Of a stretch of 64,000 nucleotides of DNA, positions 1 through 11,812 are shown piece by piece. The stretch is from an uncultured Clostridia bacterium. GTDB lineage: Bacteria > Bacillota > Clostridia > TANB77 > CAG-508. The translations under genes were made by a program, and so were the position numbers. The notes under the pieces are model-generated. The model saw only the letters and a list, made by a program, of their open reading frames with translations. It searched no databases and was not told where the DNA came from. The stretch spans positions 167 through 64,166 of the forward strand of contig CALXAY010000007.1 in the NCBI GenBank assembly GCA_944386415.1, given 5' to 3'. Every line of letters begins with the position of its first letter. Within the stretch, counting starts at the first letter, position 1.

Positions 1-1345
1 GAATTTGTAACTACATCTATTTCTTTTCCTTTTTTATCTCTAAAAAAACCAATGTTTCCTGTTATTTTTTCCATATAAGTATGAATATGTCTATATACTT
101 CTGTTTCTACAACATATCCTAATTCTGTGCTACTTAAAGAATAATTTTGTTTCATTAAAACTGCGTTTCGTATTGCACTATCTACTATATATATTTTTTA
201 GGGTTTGACTTTAATATTTTAACTCAACCTTCATTTAATGGACTACTTATATATATCAAATTTGTTTTTTCTAAAAGCCCTATATAATCTTGTACTGTTG
301 GTACTGATACTTCTTCTAATGTTCTTGCTATTTTATTATAGCTTATAATATTTCCTGACTCATAACATAAGTATGTGAATATATTTTCTAAAGTACTTAT
401 ATTTCTTACTTTAAACATTTCTGGTATATCATTTTTTATGGCTTTTTCTACTAAATCTTCTCTTAAGATTTTTTGCATAGCAACATCATCTGTAATTTTT
501 ACTGCTTCTGGAAAACCTCCAATAAACAAATATCTATTAAAATCTTCTTTTATAGGTTCTAATATATTTACTAAATTTTTTAATTCTTCTGTACTCATTT
601 TTTCTAAATTTGTTATTTTTAAATCTTTTGGTATTTGTTTTTTTATATTTCCAATCACAGATTTATAATTTGTAAATATTGATGTTATTTCTTCTGTATC
701 TTTTGCTTTTAATAATTCTTTTCTTACATCATTTGGTAAGTCTTTTATTATATTTAATATATCTTCTCCTGTAATCTCATTTTCTTCATATAAAAGCTCA
801 CAATATTCATAAAAAGATAAAGTTGGAACTGTTAGATTTATCCACCTTCCAACACCACTTTCTATACTTCCTTTTTCTAACTTTGTACTTGCACTTCCAG
901 TGGCTAATATATTCCAATTTTTATTTGAATCATAAAATACTTTAAGCCAAGCATCCCAATTATTCGAGCTTTGTATTTCATCTAAAAATAAATATATTTC
1001 TCCTTTTGGTAAAACATAATTTATATAAATTTCTATTAATTTATTTATTTCATATGTTTTAAGAATTGGGTTATCTAAAGATATATATAATATATTTTTC
1101 TCATTAACACCTTTTTTTAATAATTCATTTATTATTTGATACATAATTGTGGTTTTACCAACACGCCTTGTTCCTGATAATAATACAAACCTTCTAATAT
1201 CACTATTTAAAAAAGCTTCTTTTGTGTCATAAAAAGCCTTTCTTTTCATATTCTTCAGATTTTCTTTTTTAACTGTCTTTGTTTTCCACCAATAATTATA
1301 TTCGCTAAAAACTCTTATTATTTCTTCTTCTGATATAATCGCCAT
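1..1345 (-). pseudogene. AAA+ ATPase with DUF4143 (PD-(D/E)XK-like) C-terminus, disrupted; runs off the window start
   Basis: Walker A GTRRVGKT and Walker B LFLDEIQ. In-frame TGA at 224-226, then an A-run frameshift near 195-200. The family-like tail IYIVDSAIRNAVLM...GYVVETEV...KEIDVV continues to position 1. Confidence 0.8.
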
Positions 1346-1438
1346 ATCATCGCCTACTTTTAAAAATATAGTTTACAATTTATATATAATATTATAAACT
1401 ATATTTTATAAAAAGTCATTTTTTTATAAAATGCACTT

Positions 1439-2180
1439 TTATAATTTCGTTGCAAATATTCCTATTATAAATCCTAGCATATTACCAACCGCTGTCATTC
1501 TTCCATGATATAAACTATTTGATTCTGGAATTAATTCTCCGAGATACTATATATAACATTGCTCCTGCTGCAAAACTTAAACATATAGAAATTACTTGTT
1601 CTGAAATAGAACCTATAATTGCTCCAAAAAATGCTCCTATACCTGTTGTTACTCCTGACAAAATTACATAGAAAATTACTTTACTAGGTTTCATACCACC
1701 ATTTTTCATAGGAATAGCCATAGAAATTCCTTCTGGTATATCGTGAAAACAAATAGCAATTGCAAGACTTAAACCCAGTTTTAATGAAGACTCAAACCCT
1801 GAACCTATTGCTAATCCTTCAGGAAAATTATGTATCGCTAAACCTATTGATACTATCATGCCTGTTCTTAATAATTTACTTTCTTTATTATTTGTATGCA
1901 TTTTAGAACTAAATTTTTTATCCACTAACAAATCACAAAAAATCATAGCAATTATCCCAAGTAGAATCCCTAAAATTGCTTCAAAGATATTACTTATTTC
2001 TAAACTTTCTGGTATCAAATCAAAACATATTACAGCCATCATAAACCCTGATGCTAATGCTAATATAAAACTTAAAAACTTATTTGATTTTTTCTTTAAA
2101 ACAACTCCTAAAATTCCACCTAATGTTGTTCCAAATGTCCCAAAAAACAAACCTAAAAGTGTAGTTTTTAATATTTCCAT
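1439..2180 (-). CDS. zupT: ZIP-family (ZupT/GufA) metal transporter, ~246 aa if read with a +1 shift at the CGG at 1541-1539
   Basis: HNFPEGLAIG and HDIPEG motifs. The 0-frame ends RRINSRIK at 1515. Skipping C1541 gives GELIPESNSLYHGRMTAVGNMLGFIIGIFATKL*, the expected last TM helix. Confidence 0.85.
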
Positions 2181-2241
2181 TAAAAAACCCCTTACAATAT
2201 CTTTATTTAAATTTATTGTAAGAAGTCTATTTTTATTCTTA

Positions 2242-3543
2242 TTATTTAATTAAAAAAGCTGCATATAATGGTATTGATTTTATTTTATTATTATATCCAA
2301 AATTTTTCGTAGATAATCTAATTGAATATTTAGGGTTATATTTTTCAACATAAACATTTAAACTTTTTGATTTCGTATTATCATTTGCTTTTACTTCTAC
2401 TGGTATTATTCCATCTTCATTATATAATAGAAAGTTAATTTCTGCCATATTATTTGATTTCCAATAATATAAACTAATTCCATTTGTTCTAAATACTTGA
2501 GCCACATAATTTTCCGCAATTGCTCCTTTTAGCATAAAAGATTTATCTAACATTATATCAGAAAAATTTATTTCGAGTTTTGATGTAAGTAACCCCACAT
2601 CACTTAAATATAATTTAAAGTAATCTTCTTGAACAAAAGCTTTTAAAGGTGGTTCTATTTTATTTGCTAGTGAACATTTATATACTAAATTACTTGCAAT
2701 TAGCCACTCTAAGGCACTTTTAACTTCTCTTTTACTTTCAGATTTTTTTACATCTGTATACTTAAATTTTTTATTTTCTTTTGCAAGAATTGTTGGTATT
2801 GCATTATAAACCATTTCAGTTTTTATTGCTTCACTTCTATTTTTTGTATATTTATTCATATCTGCTAAATACTGCATTATTAAATTTGGTGCAATTGATT
2901 TGTCAAATAATAATATTTCTTCTTTTTCCTCTATATAGTTTTTTATTGCTTCAGGCATTCCTCCTATACACAAATATATTCTATATAATTCTAATAATTT
3001 TTCGTGTATACTTATTTCTTCTAAATTTTTAAAACATCTTTTTATTTCTTCTACCCACATTTCCTTTCCAAGAGCTATTAAAAATTCTTCAAAGTCCATA
3101 GGATACATATATTCTATTTTTACTTTACCTACTGGAAAAGATGAGTGAAATCTTTTTATCTTCACACCTAAAAGGCTTCCTGCACATACAATATTATATT
3201 TTTTTTCACTTTCACAAAATGCTTTTAAATCACAAATTAGTTGTTCTGATTCTTGTATTTCATCAAAAAATATAATTGTTTCTTCTGTTATTTTTTTATT
3301 TATTTCAAGTTCGAATTTTTTAATTTTCATTTCAAAATCGATTTCTTCTTCAAAAATATTTTTAATACTTTTATCTTTTAATAAATTAACATATATATAG
3401 TCTTTAAATTCATTTTTGCAAAATTCCTCTATTATATAAGTTTTCCCTATTTGTCTTGCTCCCACTACCATTAAAGGTTTTTCCATATTGTTTTCTTTCC
3501 ATTTAATTAATGTATTATAAAACTTTCTTTTCATCTTTACCAC
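2242..3543 (-). CDS. AAA+ ATPase with DUF4143 domain
   Basis: GARQIGKT, FFDEIQ, GGMPEA, KLYLSDVGLL and IPVEVKA motifs. Confidence 0.85.
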   Translation of the reverse strand: MVKMKRKFYNTLIKWKENNMEKPLMVVGARQIGKTYIIEEFCKNEFKDYIYVNLLKDKSIKNIFEEEIDFEMKIKKFELEINKKITEETIIFFDEIQESEQLICDLKAFCESEKKYNIVCAGSLLGVKIKRFHSSFPVGKVKIEYMYPMDFEEFLIALGKEMWVEEIKRCFKNLEEISIHEKLLELYRIYLCIGGMPEAIKNYIEEKEEILLFDKSIAPNLIMQYLADMNKYTKNRSEAIKTEMVYNAIPTILAKENKKFKYTDVKKSESKREVKSALEWLIASNLVYKCSLANKIEPPLKAFVQEDYFKLYLSDVGLLTSKLEINFSDIMLDKSFMLKGAIAENYVAQVFRTNGISLYYWKSNNMAEINFLLYNEDGIIPVEVKANDNTKSKSLNVYVEKYNPKYSIRLSTKNFGYNNKIKSIPLYAAFLIK

Positions 3544-3671
3544 CTATTATAATAATATTATTTTTATTTACTTTTGTCATGTTTTTCATATGAATATTTA
3601 TATAAAATTACAGATTTTTAGTATGAATATTTAAAAACTTCCTAAAATTTATATTTTAAGAAGTTTATTTT

Positions 3672-4226
3672 TTATATTTTTTTATTTAATATTTTTTCCT
3701 CTATTACATTTCCTTCTACATCTTTTAATATCAATTTATTTTCATCTAATATTAAATAACTATGTTTAGTATTTTCTTTTGGTAAAGATATTGATCCTGG
3801 ATTTGCAAAAACAATTCCGTCTTTTTCTTTTATAAAACCTATATGGAAATGGCCATACATCATAATATCTATTTTTATTCCTAATGGTGGCATATTCTCT
3901 ATATTATATTTATGTCCATGTGATAAAAATACATTATAACCATTTACGTTTAGTTCTATATATTCTTTTAAAGGAAACTCTGAAATCATTTCATCTACTT
4001 CAGCATCGCAATTACCTTTTGTAACTATTAGTTTATCTTTTAGTGAATTTAATATTTTAGAAACTTCCATTGGGTTATATTCGTCTGTTAAATTATTTCT
4101 TGGTCCGTGATAATATAAATCTCCTAAAAGTGCTATTTTGTCTGGTTTTTCTCTTTCTACTATTTCTAATATTTTTTTTGCATAATATAAAGAGCCATGA
4201 ATATCAGATACTACTAATAATTTCAT
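3672..4226 (-). CDS. Metallophosphoesterase (YfcE-like phosphodiesterase)
   Basis: SDIHG, GDLYYHGPRN, GNCD, HGH, GHFH and NPGS motifs. Confidence 0.9.
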   Translation of the reverse strand: MKLLVVSDIHGSLYYAKKILEIVEREKPDKIALLGDLYYHGPRNNLTDEYNPMEVSKILNSLKDKLIVTKGNCDAEVDEMISEFPLKEYIELNVNGYNVFLSHGHKYNIENMPPLGIKIDIMMYGHFHIGFIKEKDGIVFANPGSISLPKENTKHSYLILDENKLILKDVEGNVIEEKILNKKI

Positions 4227-4227
4227 G

Positions 4228-5289
4228 TTATTCTTCCTCTCCTCTTAATTTTTCTGCTCTATCTGCAGCAATTAAATTATCAATCATTTCGTCTAAATCA
4301 CCATTTAAAAAGTTTTCCATTTGATATATACTCATACCAATTCTATGGTCTGTTATTCTTCCTTGTGGATAATTATATGTTCTTATTTTTTCACTTCTGT
4401 CTCCTGATCCTACTTGTGATTTTCTAGCATTTGCTACCTTACTATCTTGCTTTGCCTTTTCAATTTCATAAAGCTTCGTTCTAAGCATTTTCATAGCATT
4501 ATCTCTATTTTGGAATTGAGATCTTTCTGTTTGGCATTCAACTGTAATTCCTGTAGGAATATGTATTAATCTTACAGCCGAAGATGTTTTATTAATATGT
4601 TGTCCTCCTGCTCCTGAAGATCTAAATACTTCCATTTTTATATCTGCTGGATTTATATCTATCTCTACATCCTCTACCACAGGAAGTACCGCAACTGTTA
4701 CTGTAGATGTATGTATTCTTCCACTACTTTCTGTATCTGGTACTCTTTGTACTCTATGCACACCACTTTCGAATTTTAATCTACTATATACTCCTTTTCC
4801 TGTAATCATAAAAGAAATTTCTTTATATCCACCAAGACCTGTATCATTTTCATTTAAAACTTCTACTTTCCAATGTTTTTTCTCTGCGTACATTGAATAC
4901 ATTCTAAATAAAGTTCCTGCAAATAAAGCTGCTTCTTCTCCACCTGCTCCAGCTCTAATTTCACAAATAATATTTTTATCATCATCCGGATCTTTTGGAA
5001 TTAATAAAAATTTCATTTCTTCTTCTAGTTTTGGTAATTCTGCTTTTTTATCGTAATATTCAGCTTCTGCAAGCTCCTTCATTTCTGGATCAGCTAGTAA
5101 TTCTTCTGCTTCTTCCATTTCCTTTTTTACTTTTTTATATTCACGAAATTTTTGTACTAATTCTTCCAAATCTGCATGTTCCTTCATAGCTTTTCGCCAT
5201 TCTGCTTGATTTGAAATTAATTCTGGATTTGATATTTCTCTTGTTAATTCTTCATATCTCTTTTCAATAGCCTCTAACTTTTCAAACAT
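4228..5289 (-). CDS. prfA: Peptide chain release factor 1
   Basis: GGQ motif, [14 protein letters not shown] (PxT), and [14 protein letters not shown]. Confidence 0.98.
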   Translation of the reverse strand: MFEKLEAIEKRYEELTREISNPELISNQAEWRKAMKEHADLEELVQKFREYKKVKKEMEEAEELLADPEMKELAEAEYYDKKAELPKLEEEMKFLLIPKDPDDDKNIICEIRAGAGGEEAALFAGTLFRMYSMYAEKKHWKVEVLNENDTGLGGYKEISFMITGKGVYSRLKFESGVHRVQRVPDTESSGRIHTSTVTVAVLPVVEDVEIDINPADIKMEVFRSSGAGGQHINKTSSAVRLIHIPTGITVECQTERSQFQNRDNAMKMLRTKLYEIEKAKQDSKVANARKSQVGSGDRSEKIRTYNYPQGRITDHRIGMSIYQMENFLNGDLDEMIDNLIAADRAEKLRGEEE

Positions 5290-5478
5290 ATATATTTCTC
5301 CTTTACAGTTTTTAACATGAATATTATACTACATCTTAAGGCTTTTTACAAGGGATAAATCTTAGTCAAAATTAAATTCATAAAAAAACAAGTATATGAT
5401 GCAAATTAAATTTATCTCACATACCTGTTTAATATTAATTATAATATATAAAGAAATTTTTAATCTTTCTTTATTCTT

Positions 5479-7443
5479 TTATAAATTATATAAATTAAAG
5501 TTAATATTATTTTTTTCTAATAATAATTTTTCTCTATTTGTACAAGTTAACAATATAATTTGATGTCTTTTAAATTTATCATCCATATACTTTAAAATAT
5601 TTTCTAACCTTTCTTCATCAAAATATGCAAAAGCCTCATCCAATATTATTGGCATATTTTCATTTGATAAATCTTCTATCATTGACAATCTTAATGATAA
5701 ATATAATTGATCAATTGTTCCAACACTTAATTTATTTGCTGGTATAAATTCTCCATTTGAGAGTTCTACAATTAATCCTTCTTCATCATTAAATCTTATA
5801 TTATTATATTTGCCATTAGTTATATTTGAAATATTTCTAGATAGCTCTGTTGTAAACTTAGGTGTAACAGTATTTTTCATTCTTTCATATGCATTTGTTA
5901 AAATCTCTTTTGCTAATTCAAAACTTTTATTCATTTCGTTCAGTGTCAACATTTTGTTTTTATTGTTACCTAATTCTTCTTCTATTTTAGATAAATTATC
6001 TAGCATAGGTTCTATATTGTTTTGGTCTAATTCTAGTTTATGAAGCTCTATATTTTTGTTATTTATTTTATCTTGTATATTATCTATTTCTCTATTTAAC
6101 TCTTCCAAACTACTAAAATTATCCACTTGGTAACTCTCTAATCTTCCCGAATATTTATTTCTTAACTTTTCTTTTTCTAGGTTTATTTTTAAATTTAAAT
6201 TACTTTTTAAATTGTTCAATTTATTTTCTATATCTAAATTATTATTCTCTAATATTTTCATTTCTTGATTTAAATTATTTATTTCTAAATTTACACTATT
6301 TAATAAATCTAATTTATCTTTATTTTCTTGTTCTTCTTTTTTTATTTTCTTATTTATTTTATATTTTTGATATATAAAGTAAACTACTGTCATTGGAATA
6401 CTAGCAAGAATAACATAATTAAATAATTTATTATCAATAAATATAAATTGCAAAATATTAAATATTATGATGAAAATAAACATAAAAATCATTTTTTTAT
6501 TTAGTTTATTTCTTTGCCTACTTATTTTTTTATCTTTTTTTAATTTATCAGAATCATTTTCTAGAGTTTCTTTATTATTATTTTTTATTTTATCTATCTT
6601 TAATTTTATTGAATTTATTTTTTCATAATTTTCGTTTTTAATATTTTCTTGTAATTTAATTTTCTCTTTTTCTATCTTTTCTTTTTCAAATATTTGTTTA
6701 ATTTCTTTTAAGAAACTATTTTTATTTTCTAATTTTAATATTTCATTCTTTAAGTCATTCCTATTTTCTTCAATATCATATCTAAAGTCTTCATATTTTG
6801 TTAATGCTTTCTTTTCTAGTTCTAATTTTTCTATTTTTCTTGAAATTATATTTATTGGTTTTTCCCTAGATTTTGACGTTCCCACTTCATCTAATTGTCT
6901 TCTATTAACTCTGTCTATAGCTCTTTTGAATGAGACATTATCCTCTCCTGTTCCAATCAAGTTTGCAATTTTTTGTACTAAAATACTCTGTTGTTGCTTT
7001 TCTAATTTTAATTCTTGTTGTCCGACAACTACTGTTGATAGAAATAAATCTTCATCCACTTTTGTTTGCTCATAAAAAAATTCATTTCCTCTTGTTTTAT
7101 TAATATTAAATTCACTTGATATGTTTTCTTTCATTTCATTATAAATTTGAGGATTTTTCTTTTTAAAATCTCTATGAATCTCATATTCAGCTTTATTATC
7201 TAGTTCATATTCTATGTTTCCTGAAAACTCTTCATTATTCCAAGGTAAATATCTTTCATAATCTGAATATTCTTTTCCTTTTTTGTTTTTTGAAATACCG
7301 TAAAAACTATTTACTATAAATCTTAAAATAGTAGATTTTCCAGCTTCGTTTTTTCCATAGATTATATTTATTCCATCTTTCAAATCTATTTGCTTGTTTT
7401 TCAATTTTCCATAGGAATTTATCTTTATTTTATTAATTTTCAA
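5479..7443 (-). CDS. YhaN-like SMC/SbcC-type ATPase (AAA_27) with internal TM segments
   Basis: GKNEAGKST, long coiled coil, LSVGTIDQLYLSLRL and ILDEAFAYFD; paired with a YhaO-like nuclease. Confidence 0.85.
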   Translation of the reverse strand: MKINKIKINSYGKLKNKQIDLKDGINIIYGKNEAGKSTILRFIVNSFYGISKNKKGKEYSDYERYLPWNNEEFSGNIEYELDNKAEYEIHRDFKKKNPQIYNEMKENISSEFNINKTRGNEFFYEQTKVDEDLFLSTVVVGQQELKLEKQQQSILVQKIANLIGTGEDNVSFKRAIDRVNRRQLDEVGTSKSREKPINIISRKIEKLELEKKALTKYEDFRYDIEENRNDLKNEILKLENKNSFLKEIKQIFEKEKIEKEKIKLQENIKNENYEKINSIKLKIDKIKNNNKETLENDSDKLKKDKKISRQRNKLNKKMIFMFIFIIIFNILQFIFIDNKLFNYVILASIPMTVVYFIYQKYKINKKIKKEEQENKDKLDLLNSVNLEINNLNQEMKILENNNLDIENKLNNLKSNLNLKINLEKEKLRNKYSGRLESYQVDNFSSLEELNREIDNIQDKINNKNIELHKLELDQNNIEPMLDNLSKIEEELGNNKNKMLTLNEMNKSFELAKEILTNAYERMKNTVTPKFTTELSRNISNITNGKYNNIRFNDEEGLIVELSNGEFIPANKLSVGTIDQLYLSLRLSMIEDLSNENMPIILDEAFAYFDEERLENILKYMDDKFKRHQIILLTCTNREKLLLEKNNINFNLYNL

Positions 7444-7453
7444 ATAATCACCC

Positions 7454-8533
7454 CTATTCTAATGCATTTAAACCTATTTCTATTGCTCTTTCCAATATAT
7501 TTCTTTCTTCTGAATTAGTTTCTTTTTCTAATCTCTCCATCATTTCTTTAACAAATAATCCTCTTAATGTATTTTCATTTGCTATTTTTTCTAAATCTAA
7601 TGATATTTTAGTTTCATCTTTTACTTTTATAATTCTATTATTTTGAAGAAATTTTTGTAACTCATATATATTTATTTCAAAATTTCTTCTACCAGTTAAT
7701 ATAATTTCTACATACTCATTAGAATTAATATTCATTTCATTTATAGACTCAATTAACTCTTCTTTTGAATACATATTATCAACACTTAATTTTCTTTTTA
7801 CAAATTCCTCATCATCTAATGGTACAAATTTTAATTTTAAGCCATTGTTTAACTCTCCTACTATCATCCCATGCGTTCCCAGTTCGTCAAATCCAAGAGA
7901 TATCGTAGAACCAGGATATACTATTTTTTGGTTTTCATAGGTGTTATAATCTAATTTATGAATATGCCCTAGTGCTACATAATCAAAGCCTTTTTCTTCT
8001 AACAAACTCCTAGAAATAGGATTATATGGTTTATCATCCTCTTTTGCTCCATCTAAGTTTCCATGTATAACTAAAATATTATACTTTCCATTTTTTTCTA
8101 TTTCTATATTTTCAATATCACAACCCTCACAATAGAAATCATCAAAACTATATCCATAAATATAACAATCATCTGTTTCTATTTTCTCTATTACTGAATT
8201 AAATATTTTCACATTTTCATTCCAGTTAAATTTATTGTAATAAGAATTTTTTATTTTTGGATCATGATTTCCCGCTGCTATAAATATCCTAGTTTTAGGT
8301 ATTTCTTTAAATAAATTATTTATATATTCAATTGTAGATTGTTTTATATATTTATGCTCGTATAAATCTCCTGATATAAATAAATATTCAATTTTATTTT
8401 GTTTTATATATTCTACTATCTTTTTAAAAACTTTTCTTTGTTCTAGTCTTCTTAAATCTCCCATTATATCTTTATCAGATAAATTTAAAAATGTGCTATC
8501 AAAGTGCATATCTGCTATATGAACAAATTTCAT
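7454..8533 (-). CDS. YhaO/SbcD/Mre11-like DNA repair metallo-nuclease
   Basis: HIADMH, SGDL, GNHD, HG, YVALGHIH and YPGS motifs. Confidence 0.9.
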   Translation of the reverse strand: MKFVHIADMHFDSTFLNLSDKDIMGDLRRLEQRKVFKKIVEYIKQNKIEYLFISGDLYEHKYIKQSTIEYINNLFKEIPKTRIFIAAGNHDPKIKNSYYNKFNWNENVKIFNSVIEKIETDDCYIYGYSFDDFYCEGCDIENIEIEKNGKYNILVIHGNLDGAKEDDKPYNPISRSLLEEKGFDYVALGHIHKLDYNTYENQKIVYPGSTISLGFDELGTHGMIVGELNNGLKLKFVPLDDEEFVKRKLSVDNMYSKEELIESINEMNINSNEYVEIILTGRRNFEINIYELQKFLQNNRIIKVKDETKISLDLEKIANENTLRGLFVKEMMERLEKETNSEERNILERAIEIGLNALE

Positions 8534-8742
8534 CTTAACACCTCTTTATTTTTTCTTTCTTACATTTTATACCACATCGAACATTTTTTTGCAAGTGTTT
8601 TTCCAAAAAAATAAAATATAACAATACTTACTTTTTATTAGCATTTTAAAACAATTTGTTGATATTTTCTATTAAATAAAAAAATATTACTAAGTAATAA
8701 CTATACTTAATAATATTTTTATCTTTCATACTATATTTTTAT

Positions 8743-10675
8743 TTATCCTTTCCATTCCACAACCTTCATTCCTTTTGTTGCTCCCCATGGTGCTCCTTCT
8801 ATTTTATTTTCTTTTTTATTTACTATTATCTTATTTAAATTTAGACAATATGAAAAACACGATGCATTTATAGTTTCTACTGAACTTGGTATTTCTATAC
8901 TTGTTAATCCGACCGCAATAATTAAACGATTGTCCTATCTCTTTTACACTATCTGGAATTATTACTTCTGTCATTTGACCTTGATTATGAAAAGCAAATG
9001 TTTCTATTTTTTCAACACTCTCATCTATCTCAAATTTTCCATTAATAGCATATAAAACATTAACTAATGTCTTTTTATCTTTACTATATAAAATATTATT
9101 CTCTATTATATATGAATTATTACCACTATCAATAGTAACTTTTCCACTATAATTCATATATTTAAAAAGTGAATCAATGTATGACACATTTGAACCTATT
9201 TTTATTTCTTGTATATTTCCACAATTCGTAAATGAAAACCCATTTATAGTTGTTAATGTATCTGGTAAAATAATTGTTTTTGCATTCTCTGCTTGCCCAA
9301 ATGAATATTCTGCTAATTTTAATATTCCTTCTGTATCTTTTAAATCAATTGTTTCTTCTTTTGAAAAACATGAAATTAGTGCTTTTGTATCTTTTGTATA
9401 TAATATTTTATCCTCATTTGATACTGCATATTTTGAATTATCCCCAGATATTTCTATATCATTTATTGTAACTGGTAAATAATTATTTATAATATTTTGT
9501 AATGTACTTGGAATTATTAGTTTCTTTATATTGTTATAACTATTAATCGATACATTGAATTTAATTATTCCTTCTGGTATAGTAAACGTGGTAACACTTT
9601 TTAAATAACTATCTGATACAAATAATATATTGTCTTTTGCTTTTGTCATAAGCATTCCTGATTCATATACATATGGACAATTACCTTTAATAACAATATT
9701 ATCCAAATTCTTATTGTCTTGAAATAGTGACTTTCCAATACCAACCACTGTTGATGGTATTTCTATTTTTGAAAAACTTGTACTCGCAAAAGCACAATCA
9801 CTTATTTTCTCTAATCCTTCATGTAATACAACTTCATTTAATCTATTGCAACCAGCAAACACATAACTATTTATCACCTTAATTTTAGAAGGTATTTCCA
9901 CTTTTTGTAATGCTCTACAATCCATAAAAGCTTGTGTTTCAATTGAAATTAAACTACTAGGTAAGTCTACATTTTTTAAATTTGTACAGTATTGAAAAGC
10001 ATTATTTCCTATTTCTTCTACACCTTCTTGCATTATTACGTTTTCTAAAGTTGTATTATATGCAAATGCACTACTTCCAATCCTTTTTACTGTTCCTGGT
10101 ATTATTATCGTCTTTAATCCATTTAAGTTTGCAAATGCTCCTTTTCCTATTTCTGTTACACTATCTGGTACTGTTACTGTTCCATTTTCATCCATAAGTA
10201 GTAAATTTCCATTTGATGAAGTTAATACCCCTTCTACTATATCATATGGATTTACTTCTATTCCTAAACTTTGTGCTATTTTTACTTCATCTTTATCTTT
10301 TGTATTTATTAATAGTTCCCCTTTTATTATTTCTATCTTTTCTAAATATTCATCACTTATATTTTCTATTATTGTTTTTATATTTCCTTCTTCTCCACTT
10401 GGTTGTGTATTATAAAATAAATTTTCCTTTCCTGCTGTTAAACTCTCTGCTAAAAAATTATTATTTTCTATATACTTTCCTTGTTTATATAGCTCAACTT
10501 GCTCTTTATAACTACTTAATTCTGTTGATATTTTCGATTTTTTACTTTGTGTTAATATTCCACTATCTCCTGTTAGTGTTGCAATTGATACTCCTGCAAG
10601 TATTAAAAGAACAATTATTGTTATTACTAATGCTATAAGTGTAATCCCATTTATTTCCTTTATCTTGCCCTTCAT
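8743..10675 (-). CDS. Prepilin-like N-terminus fused to BspA-type leucine-rich repeats (surface adhesin), ~643 aa with a +1 shift at the CGG at 8911-8909
   Basis: N-terminal G|ITLIALVITIIVLLILAGVSI; many LxxIxIPxxVxxIGxxAF repeats. The +1 frame continues GLTSIEIPSSVETINASCFSYC...GAPWGATKGMKVVEWKG*. Confidence 0.85.
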
Positions 10676-10810
10676 AACATTCTTCCTCCTCTTATGTATT
10701 TAAAATCATTTTTATTTTACTTTAAATATCATTGTCTGTCAAGCACTACTTTATAGTATATTATTTTTTATTAATTACTATATTATGATTATTTACAAGA
10801 GGTGTAAGTA

Positions 10811-11074
10811 ATGGAAAAAGGAAATATTAAACCAATTGTTTTTGAAATTGAATATGGAAAAATAGTTGTAAAATTGGATGAAATTATGAAAAAATTAAAT
10901 GTTTCTAATTATGAATTAAATAGTAAAGCAAATATAAAATTTCAGACAATACAAAATTTAAGAATAAATAAATCTTCAAGAATAGATTTTGAAGTTCTTG
11001 CTAAACTTTGTTATTCGCTTAATTGTAAAGTAGAAGATATATTAGAATATGTTCCTAATAGTACTATAAATTAG
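10811..11074 (+). CDS. XRE/Cro-type HTH transcriptional regulator (YozG-like)
   Basis: HTH plus RIDFEVLAKLCYSLNCKVEDILEY; GAGGTG RBS. Confidence 0.85.
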   Translation: MEKGNIKPIVFEIEYGKIVVKLDEIMKKLNVSNYELNSKANIKFQTIQNLRINKSSRIDFEVLAKLCYSLNCKVEDILEYVPNSTIN

Positions 11075-11077
11075 TTA

Positions 11078-11111
11078 CAAAAAAGTTAGAAATTTAATTC
11101 TAACTTTTTTA
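11078..11111 (+). terminator. Rho-independent terminator
   Basis: AAAAAAGTTAGAA-loop-TTCTAACTTTTTT inverted repeat right after the HTH gene. Confidence 0.6.
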
Positions 11112-11222
11112 ATATGAATATAGTAATTGATTAAGCATTTATTTTTAGCTAAAACTATAGTAATGTTAAATATTTTGTATTATACTTTAGGAGTAATTCC
11201 TTAAAACTTAGGAGGTACTTAT

Positions 11223-11786
11223 ATGTCTGAAGAAAATTATATTATTGAAAATGAAACAACTGATACTATAAAAAAGAAGGAATATTAGGAAACTGGTATT
11301 GGCTTAAATAAAGTTGATAATTTAGAGCCTTCTAAACATTTGTTAGAATTATCTAAAGAAAACATTAATGGAAATCTAAAATATTACGAAGTAAAAAATT
11401 TATTAAAAAAATATTATAAAGAGCAAAACTCTAATAACATAAAAATACAAGAAGAAAAAGACTTTGACTATTCAAAACTAAATACAGATGAATTAATAAA
11501 ACACATTTCAAAATTTACTTCAAGTATTTGGCAAGTACATCCTTTTGGAGAAGGAAACACAAGAACAACGGCAGTATTTATAGAAAAATATCTTAACAAT
11601 ATGGGATTTAGCATTAATAATGATATGTTTAAAGAAAATAGCTTATATTTTAAAAATGCTTTAGTAAGAAGTAACTATGGCAATATTCCAAAAGGAATCT
11701 ACCCTACTTTTGATTATTTAATAATGTTTTTTGAAAATTTGTTACAAAATAAAAATAATGAATTAAAAATAAAGATTTATGTGTAG
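11223..11786 (+). pseudogene. Fic/Doc family protein, degraded
   Basis: AGGAGG RBS and ATG at 11223; in-frame TAG at codon 22 (KKEY*ETGIGL); Fic motif HPFGEGNTRT; unusually short central part. Confidence 0.75.
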
Positions 11787-11812
11787 AAGAAATATTTAAA
11801 AATAATATATAA

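Noticed and set aside
224-226. In-frame TGA at a likely Gly position, suggesting UGA=Gly recoding
   Set aside because: A second frameshift follows within about 30 nt, and TGA is the true stop of dnaX and spmA. Pseudogene decay is the simpler explanation.
11286-11288. In-frame TAG in the Fic gene, suggesting stop read-through
   Set aside because: It is a single TGG>TAG-type change in a gene that also looks internally shortened, and TAG ends many intact genes here.
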